NCBI RefSeq assembly: GCF_001194135.2
Contig: NC_068988.1
Location: 17,361,411-17,398,449, forward strand
DNA from: Octopus bimaculoides
Taxonomy: Eukaryota
Reading direction: 5' to 3'
DNA length: 37,039 bases
Positions 1-13,724 of the stretch are shown piece after piece. Position numbers and translations under genes: made by a program. Each line of letters opens with the position of its first letter. Position 1 is the stretch's first letter. A model generated the notes under the pieces. The model searched no databases and was not told the origin of the DNA. It was given only the letters and a program-made list of their open reading frames with translations.

Positions 1-65
<65 letters not shown>
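1..65. repeat. (TG)n microsatellite
   Basis: Uninterrupted TG dinucleotide run from the window start. Confidence 0.98.
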
Positions 66-66
<1 letters not shown>

Positions 67-2599
67 TGTCTGTTTTTATCTGTGCATGATTGGAGTAGTG
101 AGTTGCAATTTCTGCCAATATTATCTTGCTTAATTTCTTGTTTACAAAATTGCGATTTGTATATAATCTATATCTCGTAACGCAGATGTTCTGAGATAAA
201 TACAACAGCTCTTATCATCAACACTCGATCAGCCAACCTTACAATCTTCACATATCATACAATCCAAGACATATTATACTACTAAAGGGTTTTCCTGAAA
301 TGTGTATTATTCATATAGAGATATATAAATAGATCGTGCGCATTTTCAAGAAAAGAATTGAATATGTCTAATAAGATATAATCATTTATAGACACATTAG
401 AATTGTTATATTTACGTTGTACACCAATTCAGGCTGACAGAAGAAAAATTTTCAAACGTTAACAGATAAAAAGCTTGCATCATTGTTTGCAAAGGCTCTA
501 TAAACTCCAGAATGTTAATTATGTAAATATCTCTGGCTAACCTGAGTAGATGTGATAAACAGTGACTATGGCACGGCCTCAAAGGAAGTGAAGTATTCAC
601 GGGAATTGTTCTGAGGGTAAATATGTACGTTTGACAGACACACCCAACCCGATGAGGTAGAGTAATGAAAATCATATCAATACAGTTTTAACGATCAGAA
701 ATAAGTATTTTTATATAAAAAATTATTCTAAATGGATACTATGTATGCAGTTTAAAGATCAAATGTACTACTATAATACTGATATAAGAAAGCATAGTAT
801 TGCTCTCATAGTCTAGTGATGCATGCTTCATGATATACATGCTTACTATATCAACCCATAGTCAGGTGACTGGTACTATGTGACCGGTACTATTTCATAT
901 TGTAACTATTTCGTTTGATGTAAGGCTATGGAATTGGAGACCGCTTCCAGAATCAAAACACCTCTTTTGTCTAAGGCTTTGTTTTGAATAAACTCTTTTG
1001 GGTGCCAGTATATTCATTATCAGAGTGAATAAGCATATTATCGGAATGTGCTGCAATGGTGTCCAATTATAATCCACCAGATGCAACACTCAACATCACA
1101 TTTTCGCAAACTACAATATGATGAAGTAGCTGCAGCAGAAGTACAACATTAGAAAGATTGATCCTATTATATATTTAGAGGGAAGAACTTTGTGAACTTC
1201 ATCATATATTAAAAGCTGAGAAATGATTTGTTATTGCCCTATTTCGGCACTCATAAAAATACATTAATGACAAAAACAGTTTGATATTTATCTAATCCCA
1301 ATATAAATAATGCCCATTTTGTAATATATTACACAAGTAAAAGTAAACGCGCGGCATACTATATAAACGTGGTTGTGATGTAATACTATCGTGCTATCGC
1401 GGATCAATTCAGTGAAATGGCAAATAATACTACGATTACGAAATTCGTGTAGCCAGTCACTACAATTAATAAATTGATAGCATTTTTCAGACACATCATC
1501 TAATTGAGCTGTGAGTAATAATAACATGAAAGAAAACATATTGTTTATGATATTTGTGATAAAAATACTATCAATATAATTAGTAAATATCGTCGGAATG
1601 TTATATGTAAAAGGAAGATAGTTTAAATATCATATCTGTCTTCATGCTATGCGTCAAACAAAGGACAAAAGTATCATTTGTTAAAAATAAATGGGGCATG
1701 TTCTAAGTGAATGAAAACGAAGGAAACCACACTTTCGTAACTTAGGCAGCAGTTCTGTCTTCGCCAACATGTGAAGAGCAATTGCAGTCAGTTACAAGGA
1801 ACAGTATTATCAAACAGTCACGATGGATTTAGACTAAGATCAATGGTTTTACTAAGACAAATAAGAAATTATGGAAAAATAATAATGTTCACTATTGACT
1901 TTGAAGGAAAATAAAATTTAATTAATACATGGATATTTAAAACATTCTGAGGATTAAAACTTGAAATATTTAGTGAAACATGTGTAGCCAATGTATTTTC
2001 TTGTAGCTTAGCTGCATTTTTTTGGTGCGTGTATTATCGTACTTGAAATAGAATTTATTCATCATATTCACTGGATGTTTGTTATCAATGATTGACCGTT
2101 GCTTATAGGGTTGTTGGACAGCCTCTGCAAATGGATTGGCTTGAATTGCATAAATTACTCAACAGCAAAAGACGATACAATTCCTGAAAAATTAATTCCC
2201 TGATGTATCTAAAGATATTGGTAAGTTACATTTATCGTCTTGAAAATCCTTGTATATTCAATAATAGACAGAAACGGGCGGGAAACGAATTACATGTGAA
2301 AAAATCAACAATTAGATACAGGCCATGGAGCGAGTTTAATATTAAAAGAAAATGACAGAAAATATTGCTTTATATGGTAAATCTGTATGCTTTATATGTT
2401 TATTTTATAACGTGAACGAAACTGTTGGTCTGTTGATTAGTTCTTATCTAATATGACAACATGGTGATCAGTTCGATGTATAATGTTTGGATATTTTGTG
2501 AAAGGGATCTTTCGGTCACAATGGATCTCTTGAAATAATGGCATTTGATGGTGAGGTTAAACAATTTACAGACGTAGTACAATATTATATGATGTATTA

Positions 2600-2795
2600 A
2601 GACAGCAAGCTGGCAGAATCGTTAAAGCGGCTGACAAAATACCTACTCATTACGTTCTGAGCTCGAATTCCATTGTAGTCACCTTTGTCTTTCCTGCCTC
2701 CACAGTCGATAAAATAAGTACTAATTGAGCACTGGGGTCCATGTAAGCCATCAGCAACAAACCTCAAAATTTCCGGTCTTATATCTATTGTACAA
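2600..2795 (+). mobile_element. SINE, family B (degenerate copy)
   Basis: Head AGCTGGCAGAATCGTTA, then TTACGTTCTGAGCTCGAATTCC and GTCGATAAAATAAGTACT...CACTGGGGTC; aligns by eye with copies at 10711, 17081 (minus) and 36561. Confidence 0.75.
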
Positions 2796-3807
2796 CATGA
2801 CGTATTATACATATATGAAACGTTGTGAAAGTGGTTTCAGATTGTTGTGAGTTTATGCCTTTATGAAATACTACTATTTCTGTGTAGGATGTATTTAGTG
2901 TGTGGGTGTATGAGCGTGTGCAAAAGAGTCAGTATAAAGTTCAATCTTTAGAACAATCAGTTTTGTTACAAATATCAAATTACTTTATTTCCTCAATTGT
3001 TATTGAAATTTAACGTTGCCCTTAGCAATAAAATCATTTCTGCTTCCTGAGTTATCGCATGAATCGCATTTAACTAATTTGTTTAATAAACTAAATAAAA
3101 GAGTTATATGTTTTGTGAACGATTCAATATAATGGCTGTGATATGATACGAACCTATCAGTAGAGGTGAACCATATAAAATAAAAATTATCCCTTCAGGT
3201 GAAAGAGAAGTATCAATGTACATTGATTAATTTATTTTCATATGATTTATATCAAGAATTATTATTTCTTAACTAAATAAAAGATTATGCACTAGCTGGA
3301 ACAAATAGTTATGTAACTCAATTAGCTAATAGTAATTATTTAATGAAATAAATTGAAGGCCTCACAAATATCTGATTCCTTTCACTTATTGCAAGCTATT
3401 TCTAAAATGTTAGGCAGTAAATGATTCTGGTATATGTTGATAATTCTTTTAACGTTATCTGTTTAATGTAATAATATTTCATATTTCATCTTTTTTCACA
3501 TTTCGAATTGTTTTGATTCAATACAGACCACATTTGTGTCAATTTCACCTGATTGCTAATAGTTTCATTTACATGTATCTATGTCGTCTATCAGCATGCA
3601 CGTTATTAGTTATTGAAATTCCAAATAATTGCATCAGTTCTCCAAGCTGGAACAGAAAGAGTGTTCTGTCCCCTTTTCTCTTCCCTGCGTTATAAACATT
3701 CTTATCGACAAAGGATTTATTTTATGGACAGCGTGCTGCAAATCATGTCTGCATTTCCAAATACATTCCAAGTAACAACGACGTATGTTTGTGTATGTGT
3801 GTGTTGG

Positions 3808-4116
3808 ACGCAGACAGGATGCCAAATGCACTTTTGCCGAAGGACAAGAAGCCGAAACCAAGAAGCTGAACGGACACAATGCTGAAGGGACATAAAGCCG
3901 AGCGGGTATAAAGGCCAACGGACACAATAACAAAAAATAAACATTCTTACCTACACCAATTTGGCACTTATGATTTAACGGGAGTAAATTTTAATTTTCG
4001 TATCTTTTCGGCATCTTGTACGTTCGGATATATGTGCGTTCGGCATTGTGTCTGTTCGGTTTCTTGGCTTCGGTTTCTTTTCCTTCGGCAAATGCGCATT
4101 AGGCATCATGCCCGTG
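3808..4116. mobile_element. Foldback-type MITE with ~105-bp terminal inverted arms built from short GCCGAA-containing subrepeats
   Basis: 3818-3920 (GATGCCAAATGCACTTTTGCCGAAGGACAAGAAGCCGAAACCAAGAAGCTGAACGGACACAATGCTGAAG) matches the reverse complement of 4005-4107 (GATGCCTAATGCGCATTTGCCGAAGGAAAAGAAACCGAAGCCAAGAAACCGAACAGACACAATGCCGAAC), roughly 80% by eye, around an ~85-bp AT-rich spacer. Confidence 0.8.
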
Positions 4117-6798
4117 TACTACGTGTGTACATGCATTGCAATTTGTTAATTTCCTCGCACACATAAAATCAAGATTATCCTCACATGTTTCATGATAATT
4201 TTAGCCTCACTTTAGAGAGTTACTACACAACATCTTTCCATTTACAAGTCGAATGTGCTACCAATAATATTTAAATCCGATACAGCCCAGAAGCCAACTG
4301 AAATGGCTAGAATAAATTGCATATCACGCATTAATCAAGGGTAAGATTTAATAAAACGCTATATCAAAATAGCTTATATTAGACAAGCTAATTTCCTACA
4401 ATGAGGAAAATCTAAATATAAGTTATGCATTCCATTGAACCTAATTGAATCTAACTAAGTTCAAACTTTCCTTCTTCTTCAGCTTAAACGTTTATCTATT
4501 ATATGGACAAATATCTCCTTGCTAGTGCGAATATGTATATATAATATGTTTTTATTTGTGTGCATATGTATTAGCAAAACGGTGAAACAATTTGTATTTC
4601 GGAAAACACAAGCAGGGAAACAATGAAAAGGACTGAAGACTAAAAAAATAATAAACGGAAATCAAGGGAATGCAATGGTACGTTTGATAATCTGAGTTTG
4701 GTAATCAATTTTCAATACCTGTTGCTTCATTCACTTATTGCTTCATTCACTTATTTCAAAAATTTACCTTTCGCAGGTTGAGCAGATAAATATATGGAAG
4801 AGTAGCGCTTTCAGAAATCAAACCGTTTCACCTTGTTTTTTTTGGGGTTTTTTTCTCCCGTATTAGAATTGAATTACTTTACTCTGAAAACAGGCCATCC
4901 TTGTTCATCATTGTTACATAGAAATCACTAATGTTGTATAGTTCCTGTATTGGTTCACAAAGTTAGTTTTATATTACATTTACCTATAAGATTCAGAAGT
5001 CGCTTCGGTCAACTAAATGTATTGCATTTGAAAGTAGTTATTGATTTTTCTTTGTTTCATGACGCCTTATGAAACTGATTCCATATTGTCCTTTTGCGAA
5101 GAATATAAAGGAAATATTCTGATAAATTGATTTTGTAGGTGAATGTTAAAGGTGCATATATTTCTGAAATATTTTTTAATTGATTATAATTTCACTTCAG
5201 TAATTGCATATGGTTGGATGCTTTTCAAAACTGAAAAGCTCTGAGCTTTTATAAGCATCATTTCGAGCGTTTCTTGGTTATCTGTTTAATTTTCCTGTGT
5301 AAAGAAACAGCATCCGAAACGAAAAAAAAAACAAAACAATCACAAGAATTAACTATGTACCTTCATTAAGGTGATCATATGATTATCAAAAGACAATTAA
5401 AAAGAGTAACGAACAAGCAAGCAGAATTAGATAAAAGTAAACACTACTGCTTACTATTATTCACGTGTTTCCAATTTATGAAAACAAAGCTAGAACTGCA
5501 ATCTAGATTTGTTAATATTACGTGATGTGTGCAGTTGGAAACAACCATTTGAAAATAGTTATTTCAATAGTTGCTGGATTAAGGCATTCCACTGAGAGCT
5601 TCGTTTACTTTTGACCGTTCCTAATAAAATATGCGTTGTCGTTACATGTATAATCCCTATGGCTTAATTCAAAACTTCAGTTGATAGGAATTCCGATGTA
5701 TTTCTGCAACATGGCATCTAGAAGCAAAATATAAATCCTCTTTTATTTGTCCACTCCTGACATCATTCTGGAAAAATCTAGAGAATTTTCGGAACGATAT
5801 TGAGCTTTAGCTGAGAAGTATACAAATAAATAATCTCCTTAAGTGCTACTATGTTTTAAATCCAGAAACTATTCTTAACTCAAGACTAGGAACCCAGCTT
5901 GCATTTGTGTAATATCAATGCAGATTTTACATTGGGAAACACAATCATATTTAAAGATTAGGAAGATTTCCTAGAAAATATTCTTTGAATAGAAACGACT
6001 TCTGCAAAATCTAACTCTAAATCTCAAACTAGCTGTTGATTATTTACCTGTACATAGGGAGATCTAATTAATTTCTCGTGATCGCTTTGTACAATAGAAT
6101 AATTTCTCAAACTTTAAACAGTTCCGACTCTAAAACAAATATATCAAATTATAAAGAGAGACATTTCAATTGAAGTTAACGATGTTTTAAATAATCAAGT
6201 GACAGTCATTAAATGGACGAATACTGATAATTGCTAATTAAATTTCTGAAATCTAATGGTGCTAGTCCATTTCTTATTCTCAGGGACATAACAAATGCGT
6301 AAATGTTCTGAATGTGACTTGGAGAAGAATTTAACATAGGAATTCACGTCCAAATATATATATATTTCAAATTTAGAGAAAATGAATGACGAAGACAGGT
6401 GAGGAACAACAAGCAGGTGTATTAGTTTAACACTCGGGATGAATGGAAAGGTTTTTGCCGTATCGAGCCTACGCTCTTCGACAGAAAGGATTGAGAGAGG
6501 TGAAAAAAACGGAGAGAGAACGGGAAAAAACCGAGAGAGGTAAAAAATGCGTAAGGATTAATGAAATGGTCGTATGCGGGTGTATGTGTATCACATTCAT
6601 TGGTGTGGCATATAGAACTGCAGTGCTTGTAAACCTTGCTGATATACCGTGATTATTAAATATTCTATTTTATAAATTTAAGATTAAATCCAGAACTGCC
6701 TGGAAATTGCACCCTGTTAAACATTGCAGTGTGAGTATATGATTTGGCCTCATTGAAGATTAAAATGTTAAGTCTCTCCCGGGATAAATTTTCTTCTA

Positions 6799-6908
6799 AC
6801 ACACGCACGCACGCACGCACACAGACACATACACACACACAGAGATACACACGTGCGAACACACGCACACACATTCACACTCACAAACATACATACCGGA
6901 GTATGATT

Positions 6909-6953
<45 letters not shown>

Positions 6954-6960
6954 CGTGCGT
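6799..6960. repeat. Compound (CA)n/(CACG)n/(GT)n microsatellite
   Basis: Visible CA/CACG runs followed by a GT run at 6911-6949. Confidence 0.92.
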
Positions 6961-9900
6961 CTTTGCGTATATGTATGTACATTAACACAACCAATACAGA
7001 TACGCAAGTTCCTGAAGACTAAATGGTAAGATATATTTTATAACCCATGAATTCTAGCGATAAGATCAATTATCTTATTGATATATTCGCTGGTATACGC
7101 ATAAATGTATGGCATTTATTTCGATTAATAATCATGTGGAAAAATCTACTGAACACTAGTGCTAAATTATGAATTGCTCAATTTATTGATTATATACATA
7201 AGCATATTTAGGTGAGAAACATCAGCTCTCACTCAAAATATTCGGTTTCAGAAAGCGCTACTGTTAATATCAAGAAGAATTATCAAAATTCAAGAAAAGT
7301 GCAGGTTACATTATCATGTTATTTTTCTTTTGCATTTTTTTTTCTCTTGTTTTGTTAATTCCTCACTGAATGAACATAGCACCAAGGACATTTCTGTCAT
7401 GGTCAACCGTTGATCTTCTGTACACCGTGTTTTTACGATATGCGATGCGTATCTTCTTATTCAGGATCGTAAGCTGTAAATGGAAGGACATTTAAATATT
7501 TCTGGTAGTTCGAGAGATTGTTTCCCGTCATACTCAGCAGAATGGACAAATGACGATTTTATCAAGAAAAAGTTATCACATTCTCTTTTGCCATTTTTTC
7601 GTATAACTCTATAAGTATTACATGTATGAGAAAAGCCTATGCCAAATATTCCCATCTATCTACAAATAATTCACATTGTAAGGGAAATCTTAAATGTGTT
7701 TTATATGCAAGAACTTGCTTAAATGATATTTTAGAGTGACAAATGAATGAAGAAAAGTTTAGGCAAAAATGGAATATTTTTCATTGGATGTACTACATAA
7801 AAGAACTTTACTTCCATGTGGTAGTAAAAATTTAGTCTAAAAATTACTTAAGAATCATCATAAAATATTGCAATAGTAATTCATTAGAATATTACTTCTT
7901 TGTGTACGACGTGTCACATTTTCAGTTGGGTACAGTTGTTTATATCAACATCAGTGTACAGAACTGGTGTGTTATTATAAGGAATAAAAAAATGAAAGAC
8001 AAACTCGATCTTGTCCGGATTTAATCTTAGTATGTAAATAGCTGTAACTTAATATCGCTTGACATTTTGTTTGTCACACTACCGAGTTTGCCAATCCAAC
8101 ATCTAACCATGTTATTGCAAATGTTTCAACATCTCGCGCATGCCAGAATAAATTAGCTGTCGGCAGACTCAATAAGTATTCCATTGTGCTTTGACACTTC
8201 TTATATCACCGAATATCTTGTTTTCGTTCTAACCCAAAAGAAGAATTCCTCTCTATGATTCTTCCAAGAGTAAAACAAAATAATAAACACAGCAGAAAAA
8301 ATAACAGATCTAGTTTAAATAGACCTAACATACATGTTGAAGGCTGTGTACTCTGTTAAAGATGCCAGTTAAATTTCCTCCAGAACACACATTTTGTTGG
8401 ATGATGTTCCTTAGATATGCTAACGGTTGGAGCAGTTTCATAGAGTGATGCTGACAGTTGGAACGCTTTCAGCCATAGGTGAACTCGATCAAGGCAGAAC
8501 CTGGAGTTAAACAACTAAGACTTAATGACCATTTAGATATGTCGATGTAAAATGATGACAATTTATTTTAACTGGTGTTAAGCACTGATTACTTCAATTT
8601 GTCAACCACTTCAAAAAAGCATAATGCAAGTTCTGTTTTATTTAACACTGTCCTCCAAGAAAAAAATTAATGATAAAATCTGGACCGGCTCATTTGGTTT
8701 AAGAAGCTACATAGAATTTGAAAGAATGTGCTTCAACTGACTGTCATTTTCTGTGCTTAATTCCAAATTAAATTTGGATTTATCAAGACGTCAGAGACAA
8801 TAGAAGAAAACGATATTAAAAATAATAATCAATTATGCAGAATAGTGTGATACTTTTATCCATTCATTTTGGATTTCTTTACAGCCGTACAAGTCAACTC
8901 TGTTTCTTTTTCTAAATTTCTATCAACAATTGAATAAATATGCGTGTATGCATATGTGTGAGAGCTTGTGTGTTGTGTGTGAGAAACTATTATGCATGAA
9001 TCCGGAGAGAGTAGCTTATTGTTCACAGAATAACAGCTAGGACAAATCAAGGAGACAAAAAACTCTCAGGAAATTCAATGTCAGTCGAAATGAACAATAG
9101 CTCTTGTGAGAAGAATATCGCATCTCTGCCATTCTGATGTGACACGTACCTAACCTCGGGGCAATCACGTTATTTCTTGGGCAACATACACTGATGCTGC
9201 TGCTGATGATGCTGGTAGTGTCACTCATGATAGACGTCATGAGGATGATCAAGAGATTACTATCTTAAATTAGACGAAGCAAAAGTTTGAAAAATCCATA
9301 TTTGTTCATTACTAATATAATAAACTGAAAACTGTGGAAGATCTATAAATAAATAAAAGAAAAGCAAAGAAATAGTAGCGCAACAAGAAATTCAAATAAA
9401 ATAGCCACAGCAATAAAAAGAACAAAAAAAAACACGCAAACTGTAAAATAGAAGTTAATATTTTTTATATTGTTTATTCTGAAGATGTTATTGAATTTTC
9501 ACAGTTGTGGATTTCAGGAAAATTAAGACCTTGTCTTTATTAAGCAGACACTCAATTGGTTTGTTAATGCTGAGTAAACAGAGGTTTTAAACCAACAAGA
9601 AGAAAACCTGAGAAAATGTTTGAATTTAATCGGATTATTGAAAAGAAAAACAATGCACAGAAGAGAATAAAATGAGATGAAAAACAAACAAATAAAGCCT
9701 CCACGACCATAACTTTTACTTCTACTAATACTACTGATGATTATTATTACCAAATATAATTGAAATATGAACTGCTACTATACTAACAACAATCTGGCCA
9801 TAATTAGCGATAACATCAACAACAAATAACGCATCAACAATAATAACAACAACGCTACAATCATCACAAAATACAGTAATCTAAATAAGTACAACGAAGG

Positions 9901-10710
9901 ACAGTCACAACACAATAGTAATCAGAAAAATAAGAACATAATTATAATTGTTCTGCAAATGTAAAAATATTGTACAATAATTTGTAAAACACTCCAAGCA
10001 AATCAAAAACTAAAAATCAAAGAAAATTATAAAACCTACTTTAATAACAGCAACAAGCAAGTAAATACATTGATAATTATTGAGGTTTCCGGTTTTTAAA
10101 GTTCGTTCTAAAAGCAATATGTACTAATATTAGATAGAAATACGAGTAAAAGGTAAATAATAAGCAAAGAATGTAAGCAATCAAGCAAGAGAACAAAGAG
10201 TTTTGAAATCATTCAGTTTGTATGTGTTGTTTTTATTTTACTACTTACATTTAATATGTCTATATGGCTTTGGAAGCTGCTGTTTGGAAATGCAAATTAG
10301 TTTAGTCACGACAGAAATGTAGAAAAACGGAGACTAACAGTTTCACGATAGACAAAATAACTCTTAGGCTACGTATTTATCTACAGACTCTACAACATAA
10401 AAAAACTAAGACAGGATCCGATGTGGATCACTGTAGATGGATGCACCTCCATTAAAAATATGGCTGCCAAAACACTCTTAAATACATCACTTACATTCTT
10501 AAAAGAGGAAAGATGCAATGTGTAACATTTCCGTACATGCAATGCGTCTACGAAATATTATAAAATGGTTTGGTCCTGCATTAAACACCACTTGATAAAC
10601 GCTATGTTGACACTGTCTACGATTATAGCTAATACTTTCACCATATTTCTGCACAACCTAAACTGAGGGTGAACAACAACTAAGAGATTATTATTACTAT
10701 CATTATTGAT

Positions 10711-10978
10711 AAGGTGGTGAGCTGACAGGACCGTTAGAATGCTCGGCAAAATGCTTAGTGGCATTTTGTCTATCTCTTCATTCTTATCTTATTTGTCAAT
10801 TCTTATTCGTTACGCTGGTGTCGAATTTGCCTTTCATCGCTTCTCGGAGTCGATAATATATGAATTTTTCAAAATATAAACCTGTCAAGTACACAGGTCG
10901 ATTTAATTGGCTTCCCCATCCACGTCAAAAAACCGCTGGCTCTGCCCCAAAATTTGAAACTATTATTATGAATATTAT
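10711..10978 (+). mobile_element. SINE, family B
   Basis: AAGGTGGTGAGCTGACAGGACCGTTAGAATGCTCGGCAAAATGCTTAGTGGCATTTTGTC head, GTCGAATTTGCCTTTCATC...GTCGATAA body, CCCCAAAATTTGAAAC followed by an (ATT)n-like tail. Confidence 0.8.
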
Positions 10979-11432
10979 GATTGCTTTATTGCCTCTCAGT
11001 CATTACGACTGAAACGTAAATTGTCTTCTTTTTTTTTTTCAATTTTTTTTTCTAATTTGTCTTGAATGATAAACTAGAGATTGCGGCTAATAAAAAAATC
11101 GGGTATTTCTGTATCAGCATATTGAAGAAGGAAATCACGTTTATTTATGAGGTTTAATATAAATTATTGGTGATTTTTTTGTTTTATGAGTCAAAATGCT
11201 AAAAATGCTAAACGTTCCCAGTTTATCACCAAACAGTTCTTCAGCGTGGATAGTTTTGATCTACTAATTTCTATTCTTTATTTTTTTCTAGGCCATTCAA
11301 GTTATTTTTTAGTATGCATTGAATTTCGTACTGTATTTATGTTCTATCTCTGTATATACAAAACTGAAATTCCTGAACAGGACTATTACTGTTCGAAAGT
11401 GAGAAAATATTACTTTATATAGATACATGTAT

Positions 11433-11594
11433 ACAGGTGTGGCTGTGTAGTTAGAAGCTTGCTTCCCAACCACATGGTTCCGGGTTCAGTCCATCTGCGT
11501 GGCAACTTGGAGAATTGCCTTTTACTACTGCCTCGGGCCGACCAATGCCTTATGAGTCGATTTGGTAGACGAAAACTGAACGAAAACCGTCGTG

Positions 11595-11628
<34 letters not shown>
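11433..11628 (+). mobile_element. tRNA-derived SINE, family A, with (TA)n tail
   Basis: A-box-like GTGGCTGTGTAGTTAG and B-box-like GGGTTCAGTCC; body GCCTCGGGCCGACCAATGCC...GATTTGGTAGACGAAAACTGAA; about 80% identical by eye to 14376-14510. Confidence 0.85.
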
Positions 11629-11631
<3 letters not shown>

Positions 11632-11793
11632 TAAGATAAAAGGTGATAAATTGGATATTAATTTAATTAACACCAATTTAAAACCAGTGGCCTAGCATAA
11701 AGAAAATTGTGAAAATTCAGAAAAATTATATTACATACATGTGAGAAGGGATGACTAGGATGTCCACTTAGTGGTCATCCCTTTTCACATGTC

Positions 11794-11799
11794 TTTCTC

Positions 11800-11832
<33 letters not shown>

Positions 11833-12152
11833 NNNNNNNNNNNNNNNNNNNNNNNNNNNNNNNNNNNNNNNNNNNNNNNNNNNNNNNNNNNNNNNNNNNN
11901 NNNNNNNNNNNNNNNNNNNNNNNNNNNNNNNNNNNNNNNNNNNNNNNNNNNNNNNNNNNNNNNNNNNNNNNNNNNNNNNNNNNNNNNNNNNNNNNNNNNN
12001 NNNNNNNNNNNNNNNNNNNNNNNNNNNNNNNNNNNNNNNNNNNNNNNNNNNNNNNNNNNNNNNNNNNNNNNNNNNNNNNNNNNNNNNNNNNNNNNNNNNN
12101 NNNNNNNNNNNNNNNNNNNNNNNNNNNNNNNNNNATATATATATATATATAT
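11794..12152. other. Assembly gap (N 11833-12134) flanked by (CT)n and (AT)n
   Basis: 302 N between microsatellites. Other gaps: 14988-15156, 16064-16598, 18021-18464, 19102-19111, 21259-21579, 22611-23430, 25852-26111, 26984-27321, 29717-30398, 31812-31964, 33904-34318. Confidence 0.98.
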
Positions 12153-12834
12153 AAATGTTATACTTTAAGATTTATAGGAAGTTTTGGGAAATGTTAATTG
12201 ATAGCATTTCTGTGAAAATTATGCTGAAAAATGTCTACCCAGTGTAACTTTTGCAGAGGTATAATATTCATTGTATTTCCATGTAAACTGTTGTTACAGA
12301 AGTTGCTTTGAAGTTTTCTCTGTGTCAAAATCTCAGAGCTTGTCTGGCACTCTATTTGTGACCATGCCATCTGCGATTTCTATACATTATGTACGTGACA
12401 GCATTAACGAGCATATTCACAAAATAGGAAGGCAGAAGACGTTCTATTGTTAATTTTAGTAAAGTAAGGAGACATCTATATGTTTCGTTCATAAGCAGAA
12501 CTCTGTCAATTTGCACTATACGACGGGAGATATACACACAAATCTCCCGTTCAAATCGCAGGAAATGCATGCTACCAAAATAGAGAGCATGTGACAAAAT
12601 GCAAATGCAATAGTCCCTGCAAACTGATGACATTCATAAATTGGTAGTAATAGAAGTAATTCTTTAAAACATTTCTGCAACAACAAACGAAGCTTTTGAT
12701 GTAAGATGCAGATTTTCGCATAACCAAATTCATCATTTATTTTTATCTGGAAATTTTTCATCAGACTAGATTTTGTATCTGTATTTAGTGTGTATCAATT
12801 TTTCCCTATAATACCACAGTGATATATGCATACA

Positions 12835-12847
12835 TGTATGTATGTGT

Positions 12848-12893
<46 letters not shown>

Positions 12894-13119
12894 ATATATA
12901 TATATGTATATATATAGAAATATACAGAGAGAGGGGAAGAGAGAGAAAAAGTGAGACAGGCGCATGGTATGTATGTATGTGATTCAAAATGACCGATGCC
13001 GCGTCTTAAGGCTTAGCTAGGTATTCGCCCGCACGCCATTCACACACGCGCGCACGCATATACACACATACACACACGCATGAAAACGTGTAGACAGAGA
13101 GATAGATCGATAGATACAC

Positions 13120-13150
<31 letters not shown>

Positions 13151-13200
13151 TCTATTGATCTGTCTATCTGTCTATCTATCTATCTATTTATCTATGTGTC
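12835..13200. repeat. Compound microsatellite cluster: (CT)n, (AT)n, (CA)n, (TAGA)n, (TATG)n, (TATC)n
   Basis: Directly visible simple repeats, e.g. CT run 12851-12889 and tetranucleotide runs 13090-13195. Confidence 0.9.
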
Positions 13201-13724
13201 TATGTATAAAATACATCTAAATTACAGAGCGTATCCAACTGATCATGACAGAAGAATTTTAAAAAGTTTTTTGTCTTTTCCCAAAGAACATTCAGCATGC
13301 CAACGCTCGTCTCTCTAATTTGATTGTCACTTCCTAATTTTCGTCGCATTTCATTTTATTGAAACAAAACTTGAAACACGCTAAGTAATTTTCACGGTAA
13401 TTTCTTCTAAAGGTTTAGGTGATAATTCTATATCAGTTTCCCATATTGTTCCTTGAGATCTTAGACTGAGAAAATTTGATAGAAATTGAATAATTTCTAA
13501 AATGAAGAACCTGATATTTACCAATGATTAATTTTATTTGTCATTAAAAGACGTGTCAGCACGCTTTTTAAATTGAACTTACTTCAAAGCTATTAGAAAG
13601 CAAACCTATCATCATCGTCATTAAAATTACCGCTATCCTCATCATAATGAAATTCCTCAGAGTCTCCGTCATCGTTGTTGCCATTCTCAGCGTACGCACA
13701 CACATACAAAGAAAACAACAAGAC

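Noticed and set aside
1941-1995. CTGAGGA...GAAACATGTGTA hammerhead-like string
   Set aside because: Stem II is AT-only and misregistered and stem I needs a 3-nt offset; compatible with chance in AT-rich DNA.
4722-4753. 16-bp tandem duplication TTGCTTCATTCACTTA x2
   Set aside because: Real but trivial slippage product; no further structure.
8060-8500. Exon-like segments with splice-like signals on both strands
   Set aside because: Every frame examined is interrupted by stops and no peptide is recognisable.
9037-9753. Two ATG-initiated minus-strand ORFs of 71 and 76 aa
   Set aside because: Low-complexity, compositionally driven frames with no motif or consistent splice support.
10387-10657. 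Candidate exons (plus LYNIKKLRQDPMWITVDG...; minus VVQKYGESISYN... ending at a GTAAGT donor)
   Set aside because: Mutually incompatible overlapping candidates with in-frame stops near the donors and no recognisable family.
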